A program made the position numbers and the translations under genes. DNA of 64,000 bases from Pseudomonadota bacterium (GTDB lineage Bacteria; Pseudomonadota; Gammaproteobacteria; JAKAQQ01), in NCBI GenBank assembly GCA_021798795.1, contig JAJZBR010000001.1:3818-67817 (forward strand), written 5' to 3'. The notes beneath the pieces were generated by a model. The model had not been told where the DNA came from and ran no database searches. It saw nothing but the letters and a program-made list of their open reading frames with translations. Shown piece after piece: positions 30,019 through 38,259 of this stretch. The first letter of the stretch is position 1. Every line of letters starts with the position of its first letter.

Positions 30019-30088
30019 ATGCCGCTCCGATAGACGCCCGATCACCGGGATCCGGTACGAAGCATCGTAGGGAGGCGACAGAACCCGG

Positions 30089-31156
30089 ATGAGGCCCTCT
30101 CCGGCTGCGCCCCGGTTGCGGCGTTGGCCCGCCGAGTGGGAGCGGCAGAGTGCCGTTTTCATGTGCTGGCCACGCCCGTCCAGCGGGTTCGACCGCGCAT
30201 CGCAGGCGCGTGCCGAAGCCGCTCTGCTTGCGATCGCCTCATGCATCAGCCGGCACGAAACCGTACTCATGACCGTGCCACTGGGCGGATTCACCTCGGA
30301 GCCACTTGCCGCAGACCTCACCCGCCTGGGAGGGAATCCGGAGCGTGTTCAGTGGATCCCTCTCGCCGCGAATGATATCTGGACCCGGGATTACGGCCCG
30401 CTCACCGTTTTCGATGGCGAGCGGCCCACTCTCCTCGATTACCGTTTCAACGGTTGGGGTGGGAAATACCCTCACGAGGATGATGACCGGGCCACCCAAA
30501 GACTCTGGCAGGCCGGCCACTTCCCCTCCACGGCACTGGAATCCCACTTCTGGATTCTCGAAGGCGGCAGCATCGATGGGGATGGGGAGGGCACGCTGCT
30601 CACGACGAGCCAATGTCTGCTCCATCCCAATCGGGATCACCCCGATCGCGCCCTGGTCGAATCCGAACTGGCCCAGGGGCTCGGGATCCATCGCGTACTC
30701 TGGATCGAGGGTGGCTGGATTCCAGGCGACGACACGGACGGACACATCGACACACTGGTCCGGTTTGCCTCCCCCACAACGCTGGTTTTTCAAGGCGGGT
30801 CAGGATTTCCGGATGAGACGATCCGAGATCAGCTCGCCGCCATGGGGGCATCCCTCTCCCGCCTCAGGCGGGCCGACGGGCATCCCTATGATCTGGTCGA
30901 GCTCCCCTCCCCGGGACGATTGCTGGACCCATCCGGCCGGATCCTGCCTGGAACCTACGCGAACTTCCTGCTCATCAATGACGCTCTTCTGGTCCCCCAA
31001 TACGGGGTGGCGTCCGATTCCAGGGCATGCGAGGCACTGGCGGAAGCCTTTCCGGGCCGCACGCTGTATCCCATCGACGCCCGCCCGCTCATCCTGCAAT
31101 CCGGTAGCATCCACTGTGCTACCCTGCAACTCCCTTCGACCGTGATACCTTCATGA
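30089..31156 (+). CDS. aguA: Agmatine deiminase (peptidyl-arginine deiminase, Porphyromonas-type family)
   Basis: PAEWE N-terminal motif. C-terminal GSIHCATLQ with the catalytic Cys. About 355 aa. Confidence 0.85.
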   Translation: MRPSPAAPRLRRWPAEWERQSAVFMCWPRPSSGFDRASQARAEAALLAIASCISRHETVLMTVPLGGFTSEPLAADLTRLGGNPERVQWIPLAANDIWTRDYGPLTVFDGERPTLLDYRFNGWGGKYPHEDDDRATQRLWQAGHFPSTALESHFWILEGGSIDGDGEGTLLTTSQCLLHPNRDHPDRALVESELAQGLGIHRVLWIEGGWIPGDDTDGHIDTLVRFASPTTLVFQGGSGFPDETIRDQLAAMGASLSRLRRADGHPYDLVELPSPGRLLDPSGRILPGTYANFLLINDALLVPQYGVASDSRACEALAEAFPGRTLYPIDARPLILQSGSIHCATLQLPSTVIPS

Positions 31157-32085
31157 AGCGCTGCGTGGCCGTCATCGAGACCGCCTGGGAGCCGGATGCC
31201 GACACACATCTAGCGATGCTGGAAGCGGCACTGCGTGAAGCGCGGACCCGTGGTGCCGAGCTCGCGCTACTGCCCGAACTCGTATTCCTGCCCTACTTCT
31301 GCCAGAACCCTTCACGCGAACCATTTGCCTGGGCCGAACCTTTGGAGGGACCCTCCCTCGAGCGCCTCGCCCGCTGGGCAAAAACATTCGGTCTCGTGAT
31401 CGTAACCACGATTTTCGAGCGACGGACGGCTGGTCTCTACCACAACACCGCCGTCGTTCTCGAAACAGACGGCACCCTGGCCGGCATCTACCGGAAAATG
31501 CATATCCCCGATGATCCGGGATACTTTGAAAAATACTATTTCACGCCGGGTGATCTCGGGTTTGTGCCGATCGAAACTTCGGTCGGACGGTTGGGTGTTC
31601 TCGTTTGCTGGGATCAGTGGTTTCCCGAAGCAGCGCGGCTCATGGCCCTTGCGGGCGCACACCTCCTCCTCTACCCCACCGCTATTGGCTGGAATCCAGC
31701 TGATCCACAATCGACCCGCGAGCAGGAACTCGATGCCTGGCTCACTGTCCAGCGCGCACACGCCATCGCGAACGGATGCCCGGTTGTGACAGCCAACCGA
31801 TGCGGATTCGAAGCCGATTCCAGCGGGCGAACGCCCGGGATCCAGTTCTGGGGGCACGGGTTTCTGTCAGGACCCATGGGGGAATATCTCATCGCTCCCG
31901 AACACACACAAAACCGCATCGCGGTCGCGGAGGTGGATGATCTTGCGATGGAGCGGACCCGGCAAGCCTGGCCGTTTCTACGCGATCGGCGGATCGAGGC
32001 TTATCAAAATCTGCTTACACGAGCTCGGGAATCCCCTCCCGGCAGAATAGGGCCAAATTTTCCCAAAGTCCCCGATTCCCGATAG
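31153..32085 (+). CDS. aguB: N-carbamoylputrescine amidase (carbon-nitrogen hydrolase family)
   Basis: Nitrilase-superfamily blocks (..LALLPELVF.., VLVCWDQWFPE with the catalytic Cys). Overlaps the aguA stop. Confidence 0.85.
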   Translation: MKRCVAVIETAWEPDADTHLAMLEAALREARTRGAELALLPELVFLPYFCQNPSREPFAWAEPLEGPSLERLARWAKTFGLVIVTTIFERRTAGLYHNTAVVLETDGTLAGIYRKMHIPDDPGYFEKYYFTPGDLGFVPIETSVGRLGVLVCWDQWFPEAARLMALAGAHLLLYPTAIGWNPADPQSTREQELDAWLTVQRAHAIANGCPVVTANRCGFEADSSGRTPGIQFWGHGFLSGPMGEYLIAPEHTQNRIAVAEVDDLAMERTRQAWPFLRDRRIEAYQNLLTRARESPPGRIGPNFPKVPDSR

Positions 32086-32103
32086 AAGAAGCCGCGGATT
32101 CCA

Positions 32104-32254
32104 TCACGAAGTGCAATTTGGATCAGCGCGTGAGTGGGGTCACAATGCATGAACATGGCGCCCGATCAACCGCTCAGTCGAAGCAACCCAATGAACTACA
32201 CGCATCCGACCCGACCGGTTTTTATGCAATCATTCAACCGCGTTGCACTTCGTG
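32104..32254. repeat. 14-bp perfect inverted repeat (atcacgaagtgcaa / ttgcacttcgtgat) flanking about 120 bp. Possible MITE-like or decayed element at the island boundary.
   Basis: Read directly from the sequence. Located in a non-coding, lower-GC stretch immediately after aguB. Confidence 0.5.
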
Positions 32255-32614
32255 ATTGAATCCGCGACTCTCCATTTCCTTCAAAACTCTTCTACCCGCG
32301 CCAGAGTTTTCAGCTTCGCATCGTCCATGGACCATGGAAAATCATACCCATGACTATGAACGATTCGATCCCCTTCAGACTCATACCATATTGGATGAGA
32401 CAGGTGGGTGTGGAAAGGATGAAAATATCTTATAATATTAAATGGTTATCTTGGTCATCGGCGAGATGCTGCTTTGCGTCCTTCTGAAGTCTTACGAAGA
32501 CATCGTGAGGACGTCCTGCGAATCATTGCACCGCACCCTCGAAGATGCGGACGCATGCTTGGCGGCCACCGAGGTGTGGCTGGGGCTGGAGCAACGACGG
32601 CGAAAGGTCATATC

Positions 32615-32914
32615 ATGAACGATGAAGCCTTGAGTTTTCTCAAACAGGTTGCCCCGAGATATGTTTGGTGGAAGACACCGGAGGAGGCCTTGCGTTATCC
32701 CAACCGCCTCATTGCGCAAGTCATGGATATCGGAACATTCGAGGATATCCAGAACTTGGTCCGGCTGCTGGGAGAGGAGCGATTGGCCGGTGTCCTGCGA
32801 TCTGCCGAACCCGGGTGGTTTCGCCCGCAATCGTGGGCCTACTGGCACTACCGATTGCGATTGACGCAGGCTACAGACGCGTTGCCGGTGGAACCGCAGA
32901 GACAAATCGCTTGA
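32615..32914 (+). CDS. Small protein encoded immediately upstream of the AbiEii toxin. Putative cognate antitoxin or partner of unknown family.
   Basis: 99-aa ORF (MNDEALSFLKQVAPRYVWWKTPEEALRYPNRL...) with an RBS-like gaaagg. It ends 9 nt before the toxin gene. There is no recognisable HTH. The ORF could extend to 32474. Confidence 0.45.
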   Translation: MNDEALSFLKQVAPRYVWWKTPEEALRYPNRLIAQVMDIGTFEDIQNLVRLLGEERLAGVLRSAEPGWFRPQSWAYWHYRLRLTQATDALPVEPQRQIA

Positions 32915-32923
32915 GGTTCCCGG

Positions 32924-33670
32924 ATGCAGACATTCATTCCTCGCAAGGAAGCTCTACCCGTGGCGCAGCAACAGCTTTGGCCCAAGTTACATCCCACAGC
33001 TGATCTTGGGTTAGTGCTATACGGCGGCACGGCAATCGCTCTCCGGGTCGGACACCGCCAATCCGTAGATTTCGACTTTTTTACGGACAAACCCTTGGAT
33101 AAGCCATTGCTACGACAGGAAATGCCGTTTTTGAACGAATGCGTCGTCTTGCAGGACCAAGTGGACACATTCACGGTCCAGACCTCGTCCGTTAATCTCA
33201 CCGACAGTCCCGTGAAGATATCGTTCTTTGGATCCATCCATTTCGGGAGAGTGGGCGAGCCGGAAATCACCGACGATGGCGTGCTACAGACCGCCTCTCT
33301 TCCGGACTTGCTTGCTACCAAGTTGAAAGTCATATTCCAGCGGCTGGAAGCCAAAGATTATCAGGACATCGCAGCGATATTACGGGCGGGTGTGCCTTTG
33401 GAAAGCGGCTTGGCCTGGGCGCGCCAAATGTTCGGTAATGCCTTTCAACCGGCGGAGTGCCTGCGTGCGCTGGTCTATTTCAAAGGTGGGGACTTGGAAA
33501 CGTTGGACCCGACGGATAGGCAGATGCTTGTGGAATCTGCGGCGCGGGTCAAAGAGCTGCCTGATTTTCCAAGTGTCAGCAAGGAACTGTCTCTACCGCG
33601 CTCTCGAACGAAGATCGCGGAGCCGGCACACGACCTTGACTACGATCCTTGGGATGAACTCCGCAGATAG
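32924..33670 (+). CDS. Nucleotidyltransferase AbiEii/AbiGii toxin family (DUF1814) protein
   Basis: Family hallmarks LYGGTAIALRVGHRQSVDFDFF (GGTAL..HR.S.D.DFF) and ..KL.VIFQRLEAKDYQDIAAIL (KDxYD). 248 aa. Confidence 0.7.
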   Translation: MQTFIPRKEALPVAQQQLWPKLHPTADLGLVLYGGTAIALRVGHRQSVDFDFFTDKPLDKPLLRQEMPFLNECVVLQDQVDTFTVQTSSVNLTDSPVKISFFGSIHFGRVGEPEITDDGVLQTASLPDLLATKLKVIFQRLEAKDYQDIAAILRAGVPLESGLAWARQMFGNAFQPAECLRALVYFKGGDLETLDPTDRQMLVESAARVKELPDFPSVSKELSLPRSRTKIAEPAHDLDYDPWDELRR

Positions 33671-33868
33671 CCTAACGGTTGATGGCAAACACGATCGATT
33701 TGCCCATCAAACGTCCCCATGCTTCTGACGTCACCTTCTTGATCCCCGCAATGCTGGTTCCTTGGGCCTACCAGGCGTTGGGGATGACCACCACGATGCC
33801 CGAACGCTCTACCAGTGCCTCGAGCCATACCCAGGAATCGGGATCCATGCGTTACGAACCGAGGGCCC

Positions 33869-34606
33869 TCAGGTCCCCTGGGCCACCCGATCGATGGCAT
33901 CCTGGGTCGTCCGTGCGTCACCCAGGAAGCGGTGTCCCGTCAATCGGCCGTCGGGTCCAAGGCCATAAAGAATCGGAATCCCGGTCGGCACATTGAACTG
34001 GCTGATGGCCTCGTCGCTCACACCATCGAGCTCCTTTATCAGCCCCCGGAGGCTATTCCCGTGCGCAACGACCAGCACACACAGGTCTTTCTGAAGAGCA
34101 GGCAGAATGCGCGCGCGCCAATAGGGAATGACCCTCTTTTGGGTCTCCTCGAGCGACTCCCCTGAAGGCAATCGCTTGGGATCCCAATCTCCATAGCGGG
34201 GGTCAAATCGAGGATGCCGGGAGTCCTCGAAACTGAGGGGGGGTGGGGCAATCCGGTAACTGCGCCGCCACAGGGCAACCTGATGTTCGCCAAACTCCCG
34301 GCTCACTTCCCGCTTGTCCCGTCCCTCGAGATCTCCATAGTGGCGTTCATTGAGCTGCCAGATTTTTTCGACGGGAATCCATAACCGTGCCAGATCATCC
34401 AAAACGATAAAAAGCGTCCGGATCGCCCGCGTCAAAAGCGACGTCCAGGCGAGTTGGGGTTGAATACCTTCGGCTTTGAGGAGACTCGCTGCACGGTGGG
34501 CCTCCTCCCTACCCCGCTCGCTCAAATCGACATCCTGCCATCCCGTAAAACGATGGTCTGCGTTCCAGAGGCTTTCCCCGTGTCGCAGAAGAATCAGTTG
34601 GGCCAT
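33869..34606 (-). CDS. gpmA: 2,3-bisphosphoglycerate-dependent phosphoglycerate mutase
   Basis: LILLRHGESLWN catalytic His motif. ...AHGNSLR second His. 245 aa. Confidence 0.9.
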   Translation of the reverse strand: MAQLILLRHGESLWNADHRFTGWQDVDLSERGREEAHRAASLLKAEGIQPQLAWTSLLTRAIRTLFIVLDDLARLWIPVEKIWQLNERHYGDLEGRDKREVSREFGEHQVALWRRSYRIAPPPLSFEDSRHPRFDPRYGDWDPKRLPSGESLEETQKRVIPYWRARILPALQKDLCVLVVAHGNSLRGLIKELDGVSDEAISQFNVPTGIPILYGLGPDGRLTGHRFLGDARTTQDAIDRVAQGT

Positions 34607-34639
34607 GACTCCGTCTATCGGTTTGGATCGGTTTGAATT

Positions 34640-34920
34640 TTAACGCGGGGGCGACGCCAGCGCAGCCGAGCATCTTTATGAGGATGGTTCAGTGATGGAG
34701 CGAGGGGTTGCTGAAATACATAACACACTGTTTATATTATCATTATATCATATTGATATATAATGTAAATATACTATGAAAGACGATCGCTTGAAAGCAC
34801 CTTGCGATTTGATGGTTGTAGTCATAGAATCATGAAAGCGCCGGAATCGATCCAGACCACTTTTTTTAAGGATAAAGCTCTCGATCGAGCCGACCGTTCA
34901 ATCTCACATCGGATTCATAC
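34640..34920. promoter_or_regulatory. Unusually AT-rich divergent intergenic region (gpmA <-> BNR gene 1) with near-palindromic tatat/atata repeats. Probable promoter/regulatory region.
   Basis: Local base composition contrasts sharply with the roughly 60% GC surroundings (ttatattatcattatatcatattgatatataatgtaaatatact). No specific sigma-factor boxes are claimed. Confidence 0.4.
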
Positions 34921-37900
34921 ATGAATACCAGAACTTTACCTCACAAGATGAGCGCACGCTCTTGTGCGCTGCTCGCGCTAGCGGCCTGCGTATCCATTCT
35001 GACACAGGTTCCGGTTCGGGCCGCACCCTCAGCACTCGCGGGACTCCATTTCCGCGACATTGGCCCGGCGATTGCCGGTGGTCGCGTGAGCACCGTCGTT
35101 GGGGTACCACATGACCCCCTCGTCTACTATGTCGGCGCAGCGGGTGGCGGAGTCTGGAAAACAACAGACGGCGGCAATACCTGGCATCCGATCCTGACCC
35201 ACGCCGACACCTCTTCAATCGGCGCGATTGCTCTCGCCCCGAGCAATCCCAACCTCGTCTGGGTCGGGACGGGAGAGCCCAATCCCCGAAACGATATGAT
35301 TACCGGCGCCGGCCTCTACTATTCCCCGGATGCGGGACAGACGTGGAAGTTCATGGGCTTCCGCCATGCCGGACAGATCGCGAGCATCATCGTGAACCCG
35401 GATAACAGCCAAGCAGTCTTCGTTTGCGCATTGGGCAATGTCTGGAAACCGGGCGGTCCGCGCGGACTCTACCGAACCATGAATGGCGGTCGGAGCTGGA
35501 CCCGGGTTCTGTCAGGCAACGCTGACACCGGCTGTGATTCGGTCGCATTCGAGCCCGGCAATCCCCAAGTCATGCTGGCAGCCACCTGGCAGGTGAGACG
35601 CTACCCGTGGAAGCTTGTGGATGGCGGCCCGGGAAGCGGCATCTGGCGCTCGATGGATGGCGGCCTCACCTGGACCCCCCTTCATCGCGATCTGCCCGCC
35701 AAACCATACGGCCGCATCGCGATCGCGTTTGCTCCTTCCCGTCCGAGTCGCGTTTATGCACTGATCGAGGCCAAAAAAGGCCTGCTCTGGAGATCCAACG
35801 ACGCGGGCAGCCATTGGCAGATGGTGAGTGACAACCACAATCTCGACGTGCGTCCCTTCTATTTCACCCAACTCGCGGTGTCACCCAACAATCCGGACAA
35901 GATCTTTTTCCTTTCCATGGAACTCATGGAATCAACGGATGGAGGACGTACGGCGTTTTATGCGGACCCGATGATTCACGTTGACCATCACGCCATCTGG
36001 ATCGATCCCGCGAACGCAAACCGCGTGCTCCAGGGCAATGACGGTGGAATCGCACTCAGCCTGAACGGCGGCAAGAACTGGCGCTACCTGAACGAACTTC
36101 CGATCGAGGAGTTTTATTCGGTCGACGTTGCTCCCGGCATCCCTTTCTGGATCTGCGGCGGAATCCAGGACAACAATGCCTGGTGCGGACCCTCGAGTGA
36201 ATACAACCGCGGAGCCGTGACCGGGGACGACTGGTTCATCGTGGCGGGGGGCGACGGGCAATACGCCGTCCCGTCACCGAGCGATCCACGGATCATTTAT
36301 GCCGACTCCCAGAATGGGTTCATTGAGCGCTATGATCGGGTCACGGGCCGGAGTCATTTCATCGTTCCGAGCTACGGCGGCCTCTTGAACACGCACCCCC
36401 TGTCGAAACAAAAATACCGTTTCAACTGGACGGCGCCGATCGCGGTGTCGTACCACAATCCGAACGAGGTTTACATCGGAGCCAACGTCGTCTTCCGGAG
36501 CACCGACGGCGGCACCCACTGGCAGGTCATCAGCCCCGATCTCACCCGCAACGACAAGGCCAAGGAAGGACTCACCGGCGGACCCGTCAACTATGACATC
36601 TCGGGCGCCGAAAACTACGACACCATCGAATCCATCAGTCTCGCCCGAACCAACCCCAACGTCATCTGGGTCGGTACTGACGACGGACTCGTCTGGGTCA
36701 CCCGCAACGGCGGCAAGAACTGGCAGCGCGTCACCCCCTCGGATGCCCCCGCCTGGGCCCGCGTCTACCAGATCGGTATCTCCCCCTTCCACGCCGGCTC
36801 CGCCTACCTCAGTTTCGACGCCCACGAGCTCGGCAATAACCGGCCCTACGTCTATCACACCACGAACTACGGCCGCTCCTGGCACCCCATCGATCATGGC
36901 CTGCCCTCTGACAGCTCGGTCCTCGTGGTCCGCGAAGACCCGAACGACCGGGGATTCCTCATCGCCGGTACCATGACCGGTGTCTACTACTCCCATGACC
37001 GGGGCAGAAACTGGCACCCGCTGACCGGCAACCTCCCCACCATGCCGGTCTGGGATCTCAAGTTCGTCCACCACCCGGACAGCCTCGTGCTCGCAAGCCA
37101 TGGCCGCGGCCTCTGGGTGCTCGATAACCTGAAACCCCTCGAAGGCTTCACCCACACGGTCGCCAACTCCCCCTTCACACTCTTCCCAACCCAGCCGGGA
37201 ATGGTGATCCGTGCGCACTACTCCGGACACCCGCCCGCACCCTACTATGCAGTACCGAATGCGCCCCAGGGGGTTGTGATCAGCTACTACGTGGGATCCG
37301 GCCTTCGATCCAAGAAAAGCACCGGAATGGTTCAACTCACGATTGAAAACACCGCCGGCCATGCACTGGCGCATCTCAAGGGCCCGGCTACCCCGGGTCT
37401 CCACGAGATTGTCTGGAACATGCGGTACCGCGGTCCGCGAACGCTTGATTTCGGAGCCCAGCCGACCGGCGGCTTTCTCAATCGATCCTTCGGACCGATG
37501 GTGGTTCCGGGTACCTACCGAGTCATCGCACGCGATGGAACCCACCATGGCATGACCTCTGCCCGGGTCGAGGAAGACCCGAAAGATCCGGTTGCACTCG
37601 GTATTTGGCGCGAGGACGCGCGCCTGGGACTTTCCGCGCGCAACGAGCTTTCAGCCTTCAATACATTGTTGAACCGGCTGCAGAACGCCCGGGTTGCGCT
37701 CACTCACTTCATGGGTCAGCATCGAACCAGAGCCCAGAAAACGCGTGAGGCCACTCTTCTCACCCGTGGCCGCATCCTCCTCAGCCAGGTCACAGGTTTT
37801 GAAAACAGCCTCTACAACCCGGCCATCCAGCGCAACGCACCGGAGGATTCTCTCCACTTCCTCGCAAGATTCCACCGTGGCATTACGACCGCGTATGCCA

Positions 37901-38112
37901 TGAGTGCTTTTTTCCTTGCGGGACGGACACCCAACCATCGGATGCTCGTGATCATGCGGAAGGCACGTGTCCATCTTGAGGCGATCCTCAGGCACTATGA
38001 TCGAACGATCCGCCCGGCGATCACCTCCTACAATACCCTGGCCTGGAGTCTCAAGGAACCCACCCTCTATCAAGGGGATCCGATTCACCTCAAGAAAAGC
38101 GAGAGTTTATGA
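34921..38112 (+). CDS. Secreted BNR/Asp-box repeat beta-propeller protein, sortilin/VPS10-like ('glycosyl hydrolase BNR repeat') family, 1063 aa. Paralog 1.
   Basis: Signal peptide. Repeated S/T-x-D-G-G-x-T/S-W Asp-box motifs (TTDGGNTW, SPDAGQTW, MNGGRSW, SMDGGLTW, STDGGTHW, RNGGKNW, TNYGRSW, HDRGRNW). Long uninterrupted ORF. Confidence 0.8.
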   Translation: MNTRTLPHKMSARSCALLALAACVSILTQVPVRAAPSALAGLHFRDIGPAIAGGRVSTVVGVPHDPLVYYVGAAGGGVWKTTDGGNTWHPILTHADTSSIGAIALAPSNPNLVWVGTGEPNPRNDMITGAGLYYSPDAGQTWKFMGFRHAGQIASIIVNPDNSQAVFVCALGNVWKPGGPRGLYRTMNGGRSWTRVLSGNADTGCDSVAFEPGNPQVMLAATWQVRRYPWKLVDGGPGSGIWRSMDGGLTWTPLHRDLPAKPYGRIAIAFAPSRPSRVYALIEAKKGLLWRSNDAGSHWQMVSDNHNLDVRPFYFTQLAVSPNNPDKIFFLSMELMESTDGGRTAFYADPMIHVDHHAIWIDPANANRVLQGNDGGIALSLNGGKNWRYLNELPIEEFYSVDVAPGIPFWICGGIQDNNAWCGPSSEYNRGAVTGDDWFIVAGGDGQYAVPSPSDPRIIYADSQNGFIERYDRVTGRSHFIVPSYGGLLNTHPLSKQKYRFNWTAPIAVSYHNPNEVYIGANVVFRSTDGGTHWQVISPDLTRNDKAKEGLTGGPVNYDISGAENYDTIESISLARTNPNVIWVGTDDGLVWVTRNGGKNWQRVTPSDAPAWARVYQIGISPFHAGSAYLSFDAHELGNNRPYVYHTTNYGRSWHPIDHGLPSDSSVLVVREDPNDRGFLIAGTMTGVYYSHDRGRNWHPLTGNLPTMPVWDLKFVHHPDSLVLASHGRGLWVLDNLKPLEGFTHTVANSPFTLFPTQPGMVIRAHYSGHPPAPYYAVPNAPQGVVISYYVGSGLRSKKSTGMVQLTIENTAGHALAHLKGPATPGLHEIVWNMRYRGPRTLDFGAQPTGGFLNRSFGPMVVPGTYRVIARDGTHHGMTSARVEEDPKDPVALGIWREDARLGLSARNELSAFNTLLNRLQNARVALTHFMGQHRTRAQKTREATLLTRGRILLSQVTGFENSLYNPAIQRNAPEDSLHFLARFHRGITTAYAMSAFFLAGRTPNHRMLVIMRKARVHLEAILRHYDRTIRPAITSYNTLAWSLKEPTLYQGDPIHLKKSESL
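36415..37199 (+). repeat. 785-bp direct repeat copy A (100% identical to 39754..40538), internal to BNR paralog 1
   Basis: Base-by-base comparison of the two genes. Identity starts at ...taccgtttcaactgg and ends at ...cccagccggg. Flanking gene sequence is only moderately similar. Confidence 0.9.
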
Positions 38113-38119
38113 CCCGAGG

Positions 38120-38146
38120 CCCGGGAGGGACTGCTTCCCTCCCGGG
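38120..38146 (+). terminator. GC-rich hairpin (11-bp stem cccgggaggga / tccctcccggg, loop ctgct) immediately after the BNR paralog 1 stop. Terminator-like.
   Basis: Perfect inverted repeat read from the sequence. The trailing U-tract is weak, so this may act as an attenuator or mRNA stabiliser rather than a strong terminator. Confidence 0.45.
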
Positions 38147-38259
38147 CCTTCCTGGGGAACTTTTCGCCGAATATCCGACTCGAAATCAGGGTGTCTACTC
38201 TTGCGAATGTGCCACAGACACCACCGCTTACATCCACCTCAAAATAGGGAGATTCCGTC

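Noticed and set aside
32467-32619. Alternative 51-aa ORF in a different frame (MLLCVLLKSYEDIVRTSCESLHRTLEDADACLAATEVWLGLEQRRRKVIS*) upstream of the AbiEii gene as candidate antitoxin.
   Set aside because: No RBS and no recognisable fold. It overlaps the better-supported 32615..32914 ORF only marginally, but neither can be confirmed without homology searches. It was kept out of the feature list.
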